Assembly: GCF_037042905.1 (NCBI RefSeq)
Contig: NC_087250.1
Coordinates: forward strand, 13,146,001 to 13,210,000
DNA length: 64,000 nt
Source: Lytechinus pictus
Taxonomy: Eukaryota
Direction: 5' to 3'
Position numbers and translations under genes: made by a program. Position 1 is the stretch's first letter. Each line of letters starts with the position of its first letter. Below the pieces are notes generated by a model. The model was not told the DNA's origin. It was given only the letters and a program-made list of their open reading frames with translations, and searched no databases. Positions 37,801-45,300 of the stretch are shown piece by piece.

Positions 37801-40559
37801 GCAAGAATATGGCACTGGGCGAAAAAGTTACCTCATTTGGTGAAAGTATGTTTATTTCTATGGATTATACACTGAACACCGATGCTATCCCGATATCGAG
37901 GGGCGATGGTAATATAATATTCCTTGGTGGCGACGATATCAAAGACAGGTAGGTGTTGTGGCTCAATTGAAAAGTCTATTAAGGGTCCCATCTTACACAT
38001 AATGGTAGTTGATCCATTAACCTCAAATGATATAAAATCCGGATAAAGTCAAAACTTTTTTTCTGAAGGAAACTTGAACAGTGTCCTTTGGGAGCAAAGA
38101 TGAAGCCCTCTGAAATGCCAAGACAACGATGAAAATACTACATTATACCTAAAAAGCATTTTAAACAGATAAACAATGCAGATGTTTGCATCGCTGGCTC
38201 TCCATAGTTGTGATTGATCGACTCAATCGCTGCTCTTCGTGAGGCGAGACCCAGGTATGATGATGATGATGATGAAATACTCGGGTATGATTCTACATCA
38301 CCTCAGAACTAACATTTCTATTACATAAAGTGTATATCACATTTTTTATTCCATGTTATTATCAATATCTCTATTATCATTATTATCATCATCATCATCA
38401 TCATTTTCACAATAATTATTACAATATTTATTTCCTAATTTCAATGTCGTATATACATAAATCTCCTCTTGGTGGTCTTTTTCTATGTTTTAATTTGATT
38501 TTGTTTATTCTTATTTGCTTTGTGTTTTATTTGTAGGTTTGATACGTCATGGGTTGGATGCGGATGCGAAGAATGTGTGGGAATCCTTCTGGAATCCATC
38601 GTGTTCCGGGGACAAGACTATGTAGGCGGCGAGTCACATGACAGTGACGTATTCCGTTTGCAGTTTTTCAGCCCATGCGCAGGTGAGAACGTCATGACGT
38701 GATGATGACGTAGTGATGCCATTCTCATTCATTATATCTGCAATTGTGATGGTTATGACATGATAAAACCGAAACAAAATTAAAATAAATAAGAAAGTCA
38801 CAGAACGAGGCTAGCGCGATCTTACGGTTAAAACGTCACAACTGCTGTATCTAATAATGACGTCTCTATCACTTTCAAAAATTGACGCATGCGCATGAAT
38901 CTATTGGTATGTCATTTCGCTTGAGGTGTACCGTTAGAGATTTATTGCAGTTTAACCTCAACCTCAGAGCAGTGTTTGAATTAATTTAACCCGACTTTAG
39001 AACACGGGCCAATGGGTTAAATCAATGTAGTATTGGACCATCTGATGTTTAAGATGATATTGATGATGATGGGTTCTGCTGGGCGCTCAAGGCGCTTGCT
39101 CAAAATAAGAAGTTTGGGATATCTGAGAAGTAGACCAGGGCCCCGCAACACAAAGGTTAGCAATTAATCGTAGGCTTGACTTTTACGATTGATTGTACAT
39201 TGTAGCCAATGCAATCAATCGTAAAAAAAATGTTCTACGATCATTGCTAAGCTTTGTGTTACGGTCCCAAGCTGATTTTAGAGCGAGTAAACATTAACTG
39301 TAACCATTAATCCCTTAATCAATTCATCATATTTCCTGATTTTTTTGTCAGACTCTACCGACCCGATCGAAGTGAGGGACCTGTCCGATCCGATCCGGTT
39401 TTGGTACCCGGTTTCCGCGCAGCCAAATGACCGACCCGTGTGCTCGTTCTTAGACCAAGGCACGGACGAATGGAGCCAGGCAGGGTTGGAGGCGGCCATC
39501 GATGGGACGGACGTCCGATGTGAAACCAACCACACCACCGAATACGTAGTTGACTTGATCAACGAGAGCGGGCAATCGACTTCGACCCTTCCCGAAGGTA
39601 AATTTACTATTTTGAAATGCTAACAATGCCTCCCACCCACCCACCCCCCCCCCCCCCCCCAAAAAAAAGGGGGGGTCGACATATTCAACGCTACAAATAA
39701 AACTGTGATTATTGACCGTTTAATTTAATTTGATTTATACGGAAGGTTGAAAAAAAATCAATAGAATGGAACTGCTTTTATTCACCCTTACACGATTAAA
39801 GATCTGGCCTTTTAAGAGGTCGAACAAAGTCTGCAAATCAGGTGCTGATTTTCAGCTCAAGAAGTGCTAAAAACGTACGTGATGCTACATTGAGCACCGA
39901 AAGTACTAAGAATCAGCACCTAATTGATTCACTCTTATAGCACTCTAAACTGTTGATTTTGCACTTTATCGTATGTGAGTAAATATCACAGCGTGGACGT
40001 TCTGGTAATTTCAATGAAAAAAAAATAGTTTACTGCGGCCCATCTATCCAGAGCTTTGATTTATCACAATGTCCTAATACCACAGATAACAAGAGGAAAA
40101 TTACCAAAATATACACACGTCACAAAAAATGAAAATATTTTCGTTAAGGTAAACAAAACTGAAACTTGCTTGGAATTTGCTAGCATTTTTCCCTTTCTTC
40201 TTCTTCTTGAGTTTGTATACTCGTTTTGCCTTCGGAAAATCCGCCTAATACATTAACTCGTTAGTTGTTATGAAGTCTTCTTTAAACATGTGTTATAAAA
40301 GATAAATCATCATTCGGCTTGTTTATTAGTGACTGATGCTACCACTGCTGGTGATGAAGACGATGATGATGATGATGATGACGGTGGACATATTGATATA
40401 GCAGGGATAAACGGTCTCATCGGTCTTGGCGTAGGCGTCATCGTGGGAGTCGTTGTTGCAGTCATTGTCGTTCTGGCCGCAGTCATCATCTTGATCGTTG
40501 TCGTTGTTAAACATGTGAATAAACCCAAGATGATCGTTGAACCGGTTGTCAAAGCTTAA
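2835..40559 (+). CDS. Spliced 20-exon gene: single-pass polycystin-1/REJ (receptor for egg jelly)-family protein with N-terminal acidic GDQT repeats, REJ module, GPS and one TM (~1961 aa if the exon-1 frameshift is corrected)
   Basis: Exons 2835-4990, 8846-9118, 11697-11936, 13126-13299, 14495-14773, 20373-20574, 22270-22424, 22916-23166, 24140-24328, 25009-25294, 28261-28418, 29628-29828, 30440-30563, 33393-33487, 34695-34848, 36436-36583, 37769-37948, 38537-38682, 39352-39597, 40330-40559. All introns are GT..AG with phases 1,1,1,1,1,2,1,0,0,1,0,0,1,0,1,2,2,1,1. REJ/PKD-type motifs LSGRAS..LTYEW, LDCSYSEDP..LEFRWEC and LTPGSQY; GPS-like C..W..G..C..HTT; hydrophobic TM. Confidence 0.85.
3090..4450 (+). 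repeat. Coding 12-bp degenerate tandem repeat (GGTGACCAAACN) encoding (G/D)DQT tetrapeptides
   Basis: Recurrent ggtgaccaaact/ggtgatcaaac/gatgaccaaac units; protein reads TGDQTGDQTDGQ. Confidence 0.95.
5860..5930. repeat. (TA)n microsatellite (others at ~7776-7802 and ~7885-7898)
   Basis: Direct reading. Confidence 0.9.
6893..7139. mobile_element. MITE with 8-bp TSD (P/hAT-like)
   Basis: ATTCAGAG|CATAGGCGGCGGAAGC ... GCTTCCGCCGCCAATG|ATTCAGAG. Confidence 0.85.
8846..9118 (+). CDS. Exon 2 of REJ-family gene
   Basis: ccttttgcag acceptor; YRLPGLVLDEHMFTLSYEEEC...LLNGKQ; AAG|GTAATT donor; phase 1-1. Confidence 0.8.
9872..11454. mobile_element. Cluster of three copies of a GGCCCGTATTCTGAAGTC-TIR MITE (9872-10183, 10220-10530, 10782-11454); the third is interrupted by a TTAA element (10813-11191)
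   Basis: Shared TIR ggccc(g/a)tattctgaagtc..gacttcagaatacgggcc and shared internal sequence. Nested insert is bounded by TTAA|AGGTATTG ... CAATCACT|TTAA. Confidence 0.75.
11697..11936 (+). CDS. Exon 3 of REJ-family gene
   Basis: tgttaacag acceptor; ANLAKGSSNM...EAPTISSARLSNE; AAG|GTAAAT donor; phase 1-1. Confidence 0.8.
13126..13299 (+). CDS. Exon 4 of REJ-family gene
   Basis: atttcag acceptor; GDGIIIFFN...LGENAVCKWKDGKNLIVGLG; CAG|GTAAGT donor. Confidence 0.85.
13380..13620. mobile_element. Palindromic MITE fragment (CACTGCAAAAAC family; related copy at ~45160-45400)
   Basis: gtgttgatttaacaccag.ccggaatctatat / atatagattccggactggtgttaaatcaacac inverted arms. Confidence 0.6.
13627..13773. 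mobile_element. Short MITE, GGGCCCGTTGCA-type TIR (related: ~291, 31122-31262)
   Basis: ggggcctgttgcagaaagagttg ... caactcttcctgcaacgggcccc. Confidence 0.65.
14495..14773 (+). CDS. Exon 5 (start of REJ/PKD-like module)
   Basis: ctctttgcag acceptor; PPMAVIDG..FALSGRASTGG..LTYEW; G|GTAATT donor. Confidence 0.85.
15219..19020 (-). mobile_element. CR1/L2-group non-LTR retrotransposon (5'-truncated; ORF2 plus 3' UTR) in intron 5, antisense to the host gene
   Basis: APE endonuclease (HINIRS, LTETW, MGDFN, SDHFP) and RT (QFGFR, FLDFSKAFD, GVPQGS, LFADD). 3' UTR stem-loop, AATAAA and (TAAATC)n tail at ~15221-15247. Confidence 0.93.
15786..18948 (-). pseudogene. LINE ORF2 (endonuclease plus reverse transcriptase), split by a 1-nt frameshift in a T9 run at 17343-17351
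   Basis: ORFs 17341-18948 and 15786-17237 join as NSIFF-NPTSSRE if one T is removed. Confidence 0.9.
19342..19931. mobile_element. Kolobok-like MITE, copy B
   Basis: Same termini, TTAA TSDs and internal sequence as 892-1471. Confidence 0.85.
20019..20303. mobile_element. MITE with 8-bp TSD (P/hAT-like)
   Basis: CTGACACT|CACGGGCAGAAATC ... GATTTCCGCCCATG|CTGACACT. Confidence 0.85.
20373..20574 (+). CDS. Exon 6 (REJ module)
   Basis: tttccaaacag acceptor; YTFRLTVTNKLG; AA|GTAAGT donor, phase 2, matches exon 7. Confidence 0.85.
20522..21629 (+). repeat. 82-bp minisatellite spanning the exon 6/intron 6 junction: 10 tandem units (20522-21325, last truncated) plus one solo unit (21553-21629)
   Basis: Unit gaaattcaaaagagtggcaacataaagggcaccaaagtttcggcgaataagaaGTAAGTattcccatgccaatgcaaaattc starts at 20522, 20604, 20686 ... 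21260. Confidence 0.97.
22270..22424 (+). CDS. Exon 7 (REJ module)
   Basis: catcatag acceptor; EYQWSV..LRFLPSNL; G|GTTAGT donor. Confidence 0.85.
22916..23166 (+). CDS. Exon 8 (REJ module)
   Basis: ttttgcag acceptor; APLRARIKGG..LDCSYSEDP..LEFRWECWD; GAT|GTAAGT donor. Confidence 0.9.
23345..23575 (-). mobile_element. Diverged tRNA-derived SINE (same family as 37473-37757)
   Basis: cctgggttgagtgcagc..gctgaagaaaacacgc..ggattcgaac matches the reverse complement of the 37.5-kb SINE. Confidence 0.6.
24140..24328 (+). CDS. Exon 9 (REJ module)
   Basis: ctttttcag acceptor; LTIEPSLL..TYSISCYVNK..GSPPR; AGG|GTAAAT donor. Confidence 0.88.
24441..24535. mobile_element. Small hairpin MITE (CACGGAGGATTAT TIR); second copy inverted at ~29327-29407
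   Basis: cacggaggattat..tactggggg / cccccagtaa..ataatcctccgtg in both copies. Confidence 0.7.
25009..25294 (+). CDS. Exon 10
   Basis: ggttgcag acceptor; VSLALLGS...LVKIDK; T|GTGCGT donor, phase 1, matches exon 11. Confidence 0.75.
25940..27265. repeat. Repeat with internal GCTCGCGCTTCGCGCTCGC units, host of the LINE fragment (related arrays at ~49160-49630 and ~59715-60050)
   Basis: Recurrent gctcgcgcttcgcgctcgca motif in degenerate ~100-120-bp units. Confidence 0.65.
26380..27064 (+). mobile_element. 3' fragment of a Rex1/Babar- or L2-type LINE
   Basis: C-terminal ORF2 motif IMSDQTHPL..LRSGRRL..RTSRRINSFVPFSI; AATAAA plus (TGAAA)n tail at ~27036-27064. Confidence 0.75.
28261..28418 (+). 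CDS. Exon 11 (REJ module; absent from the ORF track)
   Basis: tttcttctgcag acceptor; SILTPGSQYSLGVKVVSESSEGLAEIDFNVYDRVTGCTFEFGVNGDYEDTASD; GAC|GTAAGT donor. Confidence 0.88.
28460..28582. mobile_element. Short MITE, GGTGTTTCATAAAGCTGTTCGTAAG TIR (other copies ~30953-31120, ~34309-34470, ~50672-50843)
   Basis: gggtgtttcataaagctgttcgtaag ... cttacgaacagctttatgaaac in four places. Confidence 0.75.
29628..29828 (+). CDS. Exon 12
   Basis: aatgcag acceptor; VTYEVSGC..LTYRAF..VGVK; AAG|GTAACA donor. Confidence 0.85.
30440..30563 (+). CDS. Exon 13
   Basis: ctttggtag acceptor; VCNTTSGVCSEF..LKLE; G|GTATTT donor. Confidence 0.8.
31323..33276. mobile_element. ~2-kb TTAA-TSD (Kolobok-like) foldback element with ~750-bp internal inverted arms (31512-~32266 and ~32386-33136)
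   Basis: TTAA|AGGAGAAA ... TTTCTCCT|TTAA; the arms are reverse complements over their length, with scattered mismatches. Confidence 0.85.
33393..33487 (+). CDS. Exon 14 (contains RKKR furin-type site; absent from the ORF track)
   Basis: Poly-T aatatag acceptor; GRSVEGLKKANRAQKAKASQTTGVDRKKRAAP; CCT|GTAAGT donor. Confidence 0.85.
34470..34628. mobile_element. Short MITE, GGGCTCCGTAACACAAAG TIR (related ~39137-39268, ~43988-44145)
   Basis: gggctccgtaacacaaag ... cttgtgttacggagccc. Confidence 0.7.
34695..34848 (+). CDS. Exon 15 (absent from the ORF track)
   Basis: cactctag acceptor; DCDQVLLDLQYELLMEA..PITCLTLEQQ; A|GTACGT donor. Confidence 0.8.
35110..35308 (+). mobile_element. 3' UTR fragment of a CR1/L2-type LINE
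   Basis: Stem-loop with loop TACAAGCTTTGC shared with the intron-5 LINE; AATAAA plus gaattgaatt tail. Confidence 0.6.
36436..36583 (+). CDS. Exon 16 (absent from the ORF track; acceptor position uncertain)
   Basis: aaaccgaag acceptor (an in-phase TAG ~12 nt downstream is an alternative); RSTLASTKRVLESARDLEDRLPPETVDGVRQQLEDAKMVYPDAFFFSEN; AG|GTAAAT donor. Confidence 0.75.
36614..36877. mobile_element. MITE, CATGGCCGTACGCA-type TIR
   Basis: cttggccgtacgca ... tgcgtacggccatg with poly-G/C subtermini; TSD degraded. Confidence 0.65.
37473..37757 (+). mobile_element. tRNA-derived SINE
   Basis: A box TGGTCTAGTGG, B box GCTTCGAATCC, core ctcgacccaggtg..aatgggtaccc, (TAT)n tail. Confidence 0.88.
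37769..37948 (+). CDS. Exon 17 (GAIN-like region)
   Basis: tttctacag acceptor; DIFGLLTKGMSKNMALGE..; AG|GTAGGT donor. Confidence 0.85.
38537..38682 (+). CDS. Exon 18 (GAIN-like region)
   Basis: tttgtag acceptor; FDTSWVGCGCEEC..SDVFRLQFFSPCA; G|GTGAGA donor. Confidence 0.85.
39352..39597 (+). CDS. Exon 19 (GPS-like motif)
   Basis: ttttgtcag acceptor; IEVRDLSDPIRF..CSFLDQGTDEWSQAGL..VRCETNHTTEY; G|GTAAAT donor. Confidence 0.88.
40330..40559 (+). CDS. Exon 20: poly-Asp linker, single TM helix, short cytoplasmic tail, stop
   Basis: ttattag acceptor; DEDDDDDDDDD; GLIGLGVGVIVGVVVAVIVVLAAVIILIVVVV then KHVNKPK...KA; TAA at 40557-40559. Confidence 0.88.
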
Positions 40560-40887
40560 AGGGGAAGTGAACTGGGTGTGGTCTCTCATTGACCATCTGT
40601 TATAAATACATAGTCTTCAAATGAACGTTTTCAGATATGTACTAATACTACAGATAATAAATTGACCTATAGTTGTATTTGTATAGAGAAAATAAAATGT
40701 TTTGAAAAACAAGAAAAGTAATTGTTTTGCTACTTGGTAACATAATTATTGAGGTATAAATGTATTGAGTAGTTAATTAGCATGTTATCATTCAAGTGGG
40801 TCTATATTACTAGAATACTTCAGTATTTTGGGTCAGGAAACTGGCCAGGTTGAGGAATCGAGATGGCGCCGTAGGTTCGCATCTGCT
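40560..40887 (+). mobile_element. TTAA-TSD MITE inserted at the stop codon; related copy split by the LINE (15151-15218 plus 19021-19285) and a diverged copy at ~14810-15146
   Basis: TTAA|AGGGGAAGTGAAC ... GTTCGCATCTGCT|TTAA; aligns by eye to the reverse complement of both LINE flanks. Confidence 0.75.
40656..40661 (+). promoter_or_regulatory. Candidate polyadenylation signal AATAAA
   Basis: First AATAAA ~100 nt after the stop; a second lies near 40692. Both are inside a MITE. Confidence 0.35.
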
Positions 40888-42097
40888 TTAAGCTCTAACC
40901 CTTCTTTATTTATGAACCATTACATTACATAAATTACATACATTGCGTACAAATCAGATTTACAATAATAGTTAACAAAAATGCATGACATTTTAACATT
41001 TCGCTTAATTTCACACACATACACACAAAAATGTATTGTATATATTAAACATTGAGTTGAACTGAATTTTATTCGTTTAGTTCATTTCTTAATCAATTTT
41101 CAACCAATCAGACATACAGAAATACAAATCATATAAGCCCAATAAACAAAACCATTGAGTTTACATTTGTACACGGATTTCATCAATACGAACAAAATAC
41201 AATAAAATAGTATCAAGTGTAACTATTATTGTATTATTTTTTTACTAATTATGAACTTGTAAAATATTTTTTTGAAAAAAAATTGTTTCACAGAAATTAG
41301 TAATCATTAATCAATCTTACACTGAACATTTGGAATATTTGACGTTTCCGAGCAAAAACCCACACATTAAAGAGCAGTACATTATATGTATCGGGCTTTC
41401 CTTGGTGCAGTTGTTGATTTTTTTTTTCAGTTGTTATTCTCAGCCGTTGCACCACCATGCATTGTAATATAGAAAATACCATATTCGAAAAAAAAACCGT
41501 GAATATGAAATTACGTGAAATTTTGTAGAGTCAACAGGGCATTGTATTTGGTGTATACAGCAAGAGCTGCGTATTTATCGCAAACTGATTGATCAATAAT
41601 GGAAAGAAAATGTAAGGAAGCGGTGAAAGAAGAGAGATGTATATATTCTTATTTTTGCACAGAGATATAAATATTTATTCAAGAATGTTGAAGAAAAAGA
41701 GGAAGAATTATTATGATATTGCTACATATTTTATCATCAAATAATCACTTTCATGTAATAATAAGTCATCACTATGGATCACCTTGAAATTTAATGTATT
41801 CTGTAAATAATAATTTGCTCTTCTTTTAGCTGAGTCTTAAATGCTGTAAATTTGATATGGATATATATACATTTTCTCATTTGTTATTGTTTCCGATATA
41901 ATATCGTTTTCGTCATTGCTACTCACCTATATCATTGCAACTTTAATTCAATATTTATCAGTTGTATTATTATTAAATAATTGCATATATTAATACAAAA
42001 ACAAAATACGAATATGATGTAATATATTACAATATGGATGTTGTTTGTGCTGTGGAATTGTTAAAGTTAACTTTTCATTTGAATTCCATGACTTTCA

Positions 42098-42350
42098 TGA
42101 CGTCATCGCTATTTTAATCACCTTGAGATTTGAATAATTTATTTGTTTTCTCGTGTTCATGTTTGATGTTATATAAAATGATGGGTTTGTACCGTTTGTT
42201 GACGTCATCGCTATTTGATTCACCTTGAGTTGGATAATTTGATGTCTTTCTTTTTTTATTCCGGTCTTTGGTTATATAAACGTGAATTTCATTGCTCCAT
42301 CTGACGTCATCACCGTGTGAAACACCTTGAACTTTGCATAACTCAATGCC
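42098..42350 (+). repeat. Degenerate 102-bp tandem repeat (3 units)
   Basis: tgacgtcatc..caccttga at 42098, 42200 and 42302. Confidence 0.7.
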
Positions 42351-45300
42351 TTTCTTTTTTAATCAATTGTGTGGCTTAAAGCCGGGAAAACATTGCTATG
42401 TATAAAACATTGCTCTCAATGTATGATGTTAAAATGTCAACACTTATTATTTTTTTTTTTTTCTCAAAATCTTGAGCAAGCGTGCCATAATGATCACTGA
42501 ATTTCAAAAACTCGAACACTCGATTGTTAAACAACGTAATTGTAATTGTAACATATTCCACTATCTAATGAAAGTCATATGAGACACTTCCCCCAAAATA
42601 ATCCAGTCCCGCAACTATTTTGATTATCATGAGAAAGCAACGACACACACATACATATATGTATTTTGTCTATTGTCAGTATCCAATACATTTAAATGTG
42701 ATTTGTTAAAAATATATGAAAAAAAAATTTGAAACCTAAAATGTCATTTCTTGTTTTCTTCCAAAACAAACTTTAAAGCAATCTTTCAATTTATGTAAAC
42801 AAACATTTTTTTCGCTTATCTCTATTATATTATAATGCATTTTTATTATTATGTTATAATTGATATGACTACCATACACTTAATACGTAGACTACGTAAA
42901 TAAGATGTAAATTGTCTGTCGTTATTTGTACTTTAATGAATGTTTGATTGAAAGGAATGAAAATTGAAACTTGCCTTGTCTTAATACCCGAAAGTCTTTC
43001 ACGAAAGGGATGATTTTAGTCTGCTGTTGATTAGATAAATTGTTTAAATGTTTGTGAATTATGTAAAAATTGTGACAGTATAAATTTTGACAGAGCATTT
43101 TTTATTGTTATGGTCATTTAAAAAGGTTTGGGGACTTTAAATCTTAGAGCAACCTTTTTTATTATTTGAATAAAGTTGATTGTATAAGCTTGTGAAGCGA
43201 ATGTATATTATACCGTAATATAGCCTTGTAAATTTAGAGGAGTGTTGCTAGAACATTATAGAAACGTCGGCATTAGTTTAATTCTTTCACCGTCATAATG
43301 GCACTGACTTTTTATTTGATAATTAGACATAACTGTTCTTGGCTGAGTTTGCTAAATAATTAGGCCTAGTGATTCTACCTAGGCAAGTGTTTATTTTACC
43401 CCCCCCCCCCTCCCAGAAAAAAAAATGCTGGTATTCCAATAATGAAGCTGCCTTACTCTCGCTTACGTCTTTCAGTTCTTCATTTCTTCGCAAACAATAA
43501 CTTTGCTCGAACGTGTAAATAATGTATAATATTGGAGCATGTGACTGTAATTATAATGAACCGTGAAATTGTAAGCGTACGTATTAAACTCACAGTGCTC
43601 ACTGAACCCCCACCCCCCCCCCCCCCCACCTTCTCCGAAAGTATGTGTTTTAGGTGACTTCAGTGCCAATTATTCAAGAAAAAAATATGTAGCCGCAAAA
43701 TTGAATTAAAAAGAATGTATTTAAGAAATACTACCTAACTTTCTAAAATGGCTAATCGTAAATTCACATTTTAACATGTTTAAGACAGTTTGTTGGTAAA
43801 TGCTGTCCACATAGGCCTATATCGCATAAAATGTAAATGACATACATAGGAATGCAGTTTTGTTATATATTGCCGTGAAACTTAAGTTTACTTGGCCAAT
43901 TATTCATTAGAATCTTTAAACGAAATATTTAAAACGCAGTGATCATGGTCGATTATAGAATATAATCATAATTCATCAGCCAAATCAGGGCTCTGTAACA
44001 CAAAGATTAGCGATCAATCGCTAAATGAACTGACCAATCAAGATCAATTTTACCCGCGCATTTGACGCAAAATACCCTCCAGGAACCAATCAGAAGTCTT
44101 CTTACATATTTGCTATTCATCGCTAAGCTTTGTGTTACGGGGCCCAGAACAGAGGAGGATGGGGCAATGACGTAATGGTAGAATGATGGTAACTTCATTA
44201 TTCTATTCTAGACTTGTTTATTTTGCGTAGTATTGGAGTAGTCGCCCTAGGCATGAATCTACTAAAAGCATGGAGCTACTGTGGTTGGTCCATGCCCTAA
44301 GCAAAACATTTTCGCGCACTGCATCGGTGCAGAAACGCCCTTTCGCAATGCACTTTTAATGCGTGATGCAGCTAAGAGCGTTTTAGCGCGCATGCGATGC
44401 GCAGAATTGTAGTTTTAAGGGCGTTCTTACACCGACACGACGTTTATGTCCTTTTCTATATGTATATATTTTTTTTTTATAATATAAGACTGGATGGGCC
44501 GGTTATTCACCTTCAGAATCCTTTTTCAAATCAAGCCTGCTTACAGAGCTGACGCATGAGTTGAAATTTTTATCTAAGTCTACATGTATACTTAATGTGA
44601 GCGTGCGTAGTTTATACTCTTTGTGGGCTTATCTGAAATATTTCATTAAGCTAACAAATATGATGTTGTAATAATGCTTACATTTTTATATTAAGCTTGA
44701 TTTTTTCTATTGATGTGCTTTGTGTGAACTGAAGTGGTTTAAGCTTTCCTCGTGCTTCTTTTTAAAAGAACAAAAAACCTGTCAATTGACTACTGAGAGT
44801 CGTAAAAATATAAACGTATACTAATAATATTTTTGCGTCATAAAACAATTCCCGGGCAAGAATGCCGAAGAATAAGGACAAATGTGACTACGGAAATACA
44901 TATACTGGCCCTGATCATTGTGCGCCTGCGAGTCCGACTGCCTTATCTCCTTTGTGGATCTAAACCGGATTACTCTGAAGAGTACTTCAAAGTAAATATC
45001 AACCGTGATTAATTTTATCATACAAACCAAGACAAATTTACAAACGTCTAAATTGAAACTTTTAGAAAATGACTGAATTCGGGAGGAGGGGGGCGACAGG
45101 GCAATATGTTTGTAAGTAATCCACCCCGGATAAGAAAGTGACACAATTCGGTAATACTGCACTGTAAAAACTGTGGTGTTTAAACTGAAACCAGTTGGTA
45201 GTAATAGAGGACCACACCCCGAGGTGTTGAAATTACACCCTAGAGATTGAACATGACACCAAAGAGTGTAAATGTAACAACCAAATGTGCTGTAATACGT

